The position numbers and the translations under genes were made by a program. This document shows positions 55,833 through 59,778 of a DNA stretch of 59,778 nucleotides, piece after piece (position 1 is the first letter of the stretch; each line of letters begins with the position of its first letter). The stretch is from a virus. Taxonomy: Duplodnaviria; Caudoviricetes. Location: positions 1 through 59,778 of IMG/VR virus record IMGVR_UViG_3300044624_002493; one strand, written 5' to 3'. The notes below the pieces were generated by a model. The model did no database searches. It worked only from the letters and a program-made list of their open reading frames with translations, and was not told the origin of the DNA.

Positions 55833-58115
55833 ATGAGCCAGTTAAAATACTATAATTCACTTACCTCCGCCTGGGAACCAGCCATAGTTGGGGCCCAAGG
55901 CGCTACTGGAGCGACTGGCCCGCAGGGCAATATAGGCGCTACAGGTGCTAGTGGCATACAGGGATTCGATGGAGCAACCGGACCGCAGGGATTTGATGGC
56001 GCTACGGGTCCAATCGGCGATGCTGGCGCAACAGGCCCGCAGGGATTTGATGGCGCAACAGGACCACAAGGCGATGCTGGCGCAACAGGCCCACAAGGCC
56101 AAATTGGTTCTACGGGTGCAAGTGGTGTACAAGGACTTACAGGCGCTACTGGACAATTTGGTGCCACAGGATCACAAGGATTTGAAGGCAGTACTGGTCC
56201 ACAGGGATTCACAGGATCAACTGGACCCATTGGTATCACAGGAGCCACAGGACTTACTGGAGCCACAGGCGGACAAGGCGTACAAGGATACGATGGTTCC
56301 ACAGGAGCCACAGGCCCACAGGGCTCCACTGGTGTTGGTTTACAAGGCTCCACCGGTGCTCAAGGTGCCACTGGACTTGCCGGGCAAGATGGTGGCAGTA
56401 GTACCTACTATAATTATGCAGCGTTAACTACTGCTACGTCAGGTGACCCCGGTAATGGTAATATTCTGTGGAACACTGCTATACAGACCAATGCTTCCCA
56501 ACTTAACATTGACCATTTAACCACAACCAATGTGGACATTGATGTATTTTTAGCCTTGTTAAAAATCAATGATTCGTTGATCGTACAAGATTCTACAAGC
56601 AGTACCAACTATCAGCGTTGGACTATCAATGGCACACCAACTTCGCCTGGAGACAACCTTTATTGGACAGTGCCGGTGTCCTTACAGAGCAGTGCTGGAA
56701 CAGGAACAACTGGTTTTTCCAATGGTCAAAGCCTATTACTGATTGTTATCAGTACTGGTCAACAAGGTGCCACTGGTTTAGCTGGCGCAACAGGCCTAAC
56801 TGGCGCTACAGGACAATTTGGAGCTACAGGTGCTAGTGGACTAACTGGTGCCACTGGATTTGATGGTGCCACTGGAGCAAGTGGTATTACTGGATTGACT
56901 GGTAGTACTGGTGTGCAAGGATTTGTAGGAGCCACTGGAGCTCAAGGCGATAAAGGTGCCACAGGTGTTGCTGGTGCTACAGGAGCATTTGATGGCAATT
57001 TAACTGCTAATATTGATGGCAACGGCTATAACATTAGCAATGTCAATGTTGTTACTACTAATATTATTGCTAACCCAAAAACTATCACAGCCAATGTACT
57101 GGTGCCAAATGATGTAAATGCACTAGTGATTGGTCCAGTGGTGTTTAGTAATGGTGCTATGGCTATAGTGCCCAGCAGTTCAACGTTTGATGTGTTTGAT
57201 CCAGCTGCGCTGGGTGGCACTATGACTGCCAATATCAACGGTGCTGGTTACAATATTAGTAATGTTTCATTTATATCAGCGACTGGTAATATATCCGGTG
57301 ATTATTTTGTTGGTAATGGTAGTTTATTAACTGGAATAGCGTCGGGCAATGCCAACGCCATTGTCAATGGCAACAGCAATGTGACCATAAACACAGCCAA
57401 CGGCAATGTAACAGTGGCCATAGATGGACAGGGCAATGTGGTAGAAATCGGTCAAGGCAGTTTGAATGTAGCTGGTACTATTAGCAATCCCAAAACCATC
57501 ACAGCCAACGTTTATGTGCCAGACAATGTTAATGCACTCATGATCGGACCTGTGAGTTTTGCCAATGGTGCTATGGCAGTGGTGCCTGCCTCATCCACAT
57601 TTGATGTGTTTGATCCAGCTGCGCTGGGTGGCACTATGACCAGTAATATTGATGGTGCTGGTTACGGTATCAGCAACATAGGAAGTTTGAGCTCAACTGG
57701 CAATATTTCTGGCGTGGGTGCTTTGAACATCGAAGGTGTTTTGAGCAATCCCAAAACCATCACAGCCAATGTTTATGTGCCGGACAGCGTAAATGCACTC
57801 ATGATCGGACCAGTGACATTTGCCAACGGTAGCCAGGCCATAGTGCCAGGAAACAGCACTTTTGACATATTTGATCCAGCTGCCCTGGGCGGCACAATGA
57901 CCAGTAATATTGATGGCGCTGGTTACAACATCAGCAATGTAAGCAATGTCAGCAGCAATTTAAACTTTGTTACCAACGGCATCAGTTTGTTGGCAAACCA
58001 AGTTACAGCAAATGTTACATTCCCTGCAAATTACAATGGAATGAGTGTGGGTCCGCTGACTGTGGCCACAGGAATAGCAGTTAATGTGGGCACAAACAAC
58101 TGGGTAATTTTATAA
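55833..58115 (+). CDS. Collagen-like fiber protein with repeated C-terminal modules
   Basis: G-X-Y tracts; three NPKTITANV...FDPAALGGTMT repeats; upstream TAAATA. Confidence 0.8.
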   Translation: MSQLKYYNSLTSAWEPAIVGAQGATGATGPQGNIGATGASGIQGFDGATGPQGFDGATGPIGDAGATGPQGFDGATGPQGDAGATGPQGQIGSTGASGVQGLTGATGQFGATGSQGFEGSTGPQGFTGSTGPIGITGATGLTGATGGQGVQGYDGSTGATGPQGSTGVGLQGSTGAQGATGLAGQDGGSSTYYNYAALTTATSGDPGNGNILWNTAIQTNASQLNIDHLTTTNVDIDVFLALLKINDSLIVQDSTSSTNYQRWTINGTPTSPGDNLYWTVPVSLQSSAGTGTTGFSNGQSLLLIVISTGQQGATGLAGATGLTGATGQFGATGASGLTGATGFDGATGASGITGLTGSTGVQGFVGATGAQGDKGATGVAGATGAFDGNLTANIDGNGYNISNVNVVTTNIIANPKTITANVLVPNDVNALVIGPVVFSNGAMAIVPSSSTFDVFDPAALGGTMTANINGAGYNISNVSFISATGNISGDYFVGNGSLLTGIASGNANAIVNGNSNVTINTANGNVTVAIDGQGNVVEIGQGSLNVAGTISNPKTITANVYVPDNVNALMIGPVSFANGAMAVVPASSTFDVFDPAALGGTMTSNIDGAGYGISNIGSLSSTGNISGVGALNIEGVLSNPKTITANVYVPDSVNALMIGPVTFANGSQAIVPGNSTFDIFDPAALGGTMTSNIDGAGYNISNVSNVSSNLNFVTNGISLLANQVTANVTFPANYNGMSVGPLTVATGIAVNVGTNNWVIL

Positions 58116-58183
58116 TGCAACGTGACCAAATTGATAATCCGGTGCTAAATAAGTATAAGAAATAATTAACAAGGAATAAAACT

Positions 58184-59778
58184 ATGGCAATTTCACTAGA
58201 CGGTACTTCGGGTATATCAGCAAGCGGTAATATTACCGGTGCTTATCTTAATGGAAATGGTGCTGGAATCACCGGCATTGCTGGAACTGGTGGCGCTACT
58301 GGTCCACAAGGCGCAACAGGTACTGCTGGCCCAACTGGCGCAACAGGTGCAAGTGGAGTCGCTGGCACAAATGGCGCAACTGGCCTAACTGGTGCCACTG
58401 GCGTTGCGGGCCCAACTGGCGCAACAGGGGCAAGTGGAGTCGCTGGTGTAGATGGAGCAACTGGTCTTACAGGTGCCACTGGCGTTGCTGGCCCAACTGG
58501 CGCAACTGGTGCAAGTGGAGTCGCTGGTGTAGATGGAGCAACTGGCCTAACTGGTGCCACTGGCGTTGCTGGCCCAACTGGCGCAACTGGTGCAAGTGGA
58601 GTCGCTGGTGTAGATGGAGCAACTGGCCTAACTGGTGCCACTGGCGTTGCTGGCACAAATGGTGCAACTGGCCTAACAGGTGCTACCGGCACATTTAGTG
58701 GAAATCTTTCCGGCAACGTTGACGGATTTGGTTTTGGAATTGCCAATGTATCCTATCTATCATCCACAGGTAACGTCACTGGTGCCAATTTAAATGTTAC
58801 CAACAATGCTGTGATCACTGGTAATCTAACAGTTAACGGAACTACGGTCACAGTTAACAGTAACACGGTCACAATCAACGACAAATTCTTTAACACAGCC
58901 AACAACGCTGCCACGGCTGCTGAAGCCAATGGTGGTGGTATTGGTGTTGGTCCTATTGGTGGCGAATACGCTAGTTTGACTTTCAATAGTACATCAACAG
59001 CATGGAATACTAATATTCCAATCAGTGCCAATGGCAACGTCACTGGCACTAACTTGTTAACTGCTGGATTGATCAGTGCCGCAGGTAACGTAACTGCTAG
59101 TAACTTTACCGCAACAGCAGGTATTACCACTGGTACTTTTACTGGTGAAGATTTCTTGGCATCAAGTACAGTAAGTGCCGCTGGCAACGTCACTGGTAGT
59201 AATGTCCTAACAGGTGGATTGATCAGTGCCACAGGCAACGTATCTGGTGGCAACTTGAATGTCACAGGTAATATTGTTGATACAGGTGCGTTAACTATCA
59301 TCACAGGTAACTCGGGCGCAATCGCGTTGGCGCCTAATGGTGGCGCCAATGTATTAGTGACTTCGACTACAGGAGTGGCAATTATTGGAACAGTCAGCGC
59401 CTCTGGCAACGTAACAGGTTCTAATTTCACAACCGTTGGCGTAATGTCAGCCACTGGTAACGTACAAGCTGGCAACGTTTTAACCGCAGGTCTAGTAAGT
59501 GCCACAGGCAACGTCGCAGGTGCAAACTTTACAACTACTGGACTAATCACAGCCACTGGTAACGTACAAGCTGGCAACGTTTTAACCGCAGGTCTAGTAA
59601 GTGCCACAGGCAACGTCGCAGGTGCAAACTTTACAACTACTGGACTAATCACAGCCACTGGTAACGTACAAGCTGGCAACGTTTTAACCGCAGGTCTAGT
59701 AAGTGCCACAGGCAACGTCGCAGGTGCAAACTTTACAACTACTGGACTAATCACAGCCACTGGTAACGTACAAGCTGG
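58184..59778 (+). CDS. Collagen-like / beta-repeat tail fiber protein, 3' end runs off window
   Basis: ATG at 58184 with AAGGA SD and TAAATA; [19 protein letters not shown]..., G-X-Y tract, then SATGNV repeats; open to the window end. Confidence 0.85.
   Translation, partial: MAISLDGTSGISASGNITGAYLNGNGAGITGIAGTGGATGPQGATGTAGPTGATGASGVAGTNGATGLTGATGVAGPTGATGASGVAGVDGATGLTGATGVAGPTGATGASGVAGVDGATGLTGATGVAGPTGATGASGVAGVDGATGLTGATGVAGTNGATGLTGATGTFSGNLSGNVDGFGFGIANVSYLSSTGNVTGANLNVTNNAVITGNLTVNGTTVTVNSNTVTINDKFFNTANNAATAAEANGGGIGVGPIGGEYASLTFNSTSTAWNTNIPISANGNVTGTNLLTAGLISAAGNVTASNFTATAGITTGTFTGEDFLASSTVSAAGNVTGSNVLTGGLISATGNVSGGNLNVTGNIVDTGALTIITGNSGAIALAPNGGANVLVTSTTGVAIIGTVSASGNVTGSNFTTVGVMSATGNVQAGNVLTAGLVSATGNVAGANFTTTGLITATGNVQAGNVLTAGLVSATGNVAGANFTTTGLITATGNVQAGNVLTAGLVSATGNVAGANFTTTGLITATGNVQA
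58328..58651. repeat. 81-bp tandem repeat, four near-identical copies
   Basis: Units start at 58328, 58409, 58490 and 58571. Confidence 0.8.
59448..59778. repeat. 102-bp perfect tandem repeat, more than three copies, to the window end
   Basis: GCCACTGGTAACGTACAAGCTGG recurs at 59450, 59552, 59654 and 59756. Confidence 0.9.

Noticed and set aside
15664-59760. Many antisense ORFs rich in PVAP or LPV repeats (e.g. 22485-23057, 53022-53921, 58753-59760)
   Set aside because: They are shadows of the Gly-X-Y and GNV fiber codons on the opposite strand and have no independent signals.
58328-59778. CRISPR array or DGR template/variable repeats
   Set aside because: The repeats are contiguous, in frame and coding, with no spacers, no adenine-specific mismatches and no cas or RT gene.
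1-59778. Stop-codon reassignment
   Set aside because: Recognisable genes are full length in the standard code and end in TAA, TAG or TGA, often coupled to the next start.
1-59778. tRNA, tmRNA, RNase P or rRNA genes
   Set aside because: I found no T-loop GTTCRA cloverleaf, GAGGAAAGTCC or tmRNA ends by eye in the intergenic regions; a tRNAscan/Infernal run is still advisable.

Overview
A 59.8 kb segment of a large tailed dsDNA phage genome (T4-like/jumbo-type, probably freshwater). It is gene-dense, reads in the standard genetic code, and has no rRNA, tRNA, CRISPR array or integrase that I could find. It encodes: a GH19 endolysin (partial); a modification cassette (APS-kinase/nucleotidyltransferase fusion, GT-like, sulfotransferase-like, Bug/TctC, methyltransferase); PhoH; a clamp-loader subunit; MazG; GroES; a short DnaE fragment plus a separate compact DnaE-like polymerase; two virion modules rich in collagen-like fibers (with RCC1, Ig-like, subtilase and LamG proteins); and host-like auxiliary genes (Fe/Mn SOD, IF-1, rubrerythrin, heme oxygenase, SleB hydrolase, GT4, metallophosphoesterases). 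Both sigma70-like (TTGAC-N17-TATAAT) and T4-late-like (TAAATA) promoters recur, and several sit 5-6 nt before an ATG, which suggests leaderless mRNAs. Best candidates for novelty: (i) a locus at 38.8-42.4 kb of structured ncRNA, PD-(D/E)xK nuclease, frameshifted DGQHR/ParB-like gene, EHxxP protein and ABC-ATPase-GNAT fusion, resembling a DNA modification/restriction module; (ii) several intergenic structured RNAs (27.65-27.93, 30.37-30.49, 35.09-35.16, 42.16-42.37 kb); (iii) unusual translation initiation (leaderless, TTG and ATT starts) alongside a phage IF-1. All protein calls rest on recognised motifs; no database searches were run. A betaproteobacterial host is only an inference.
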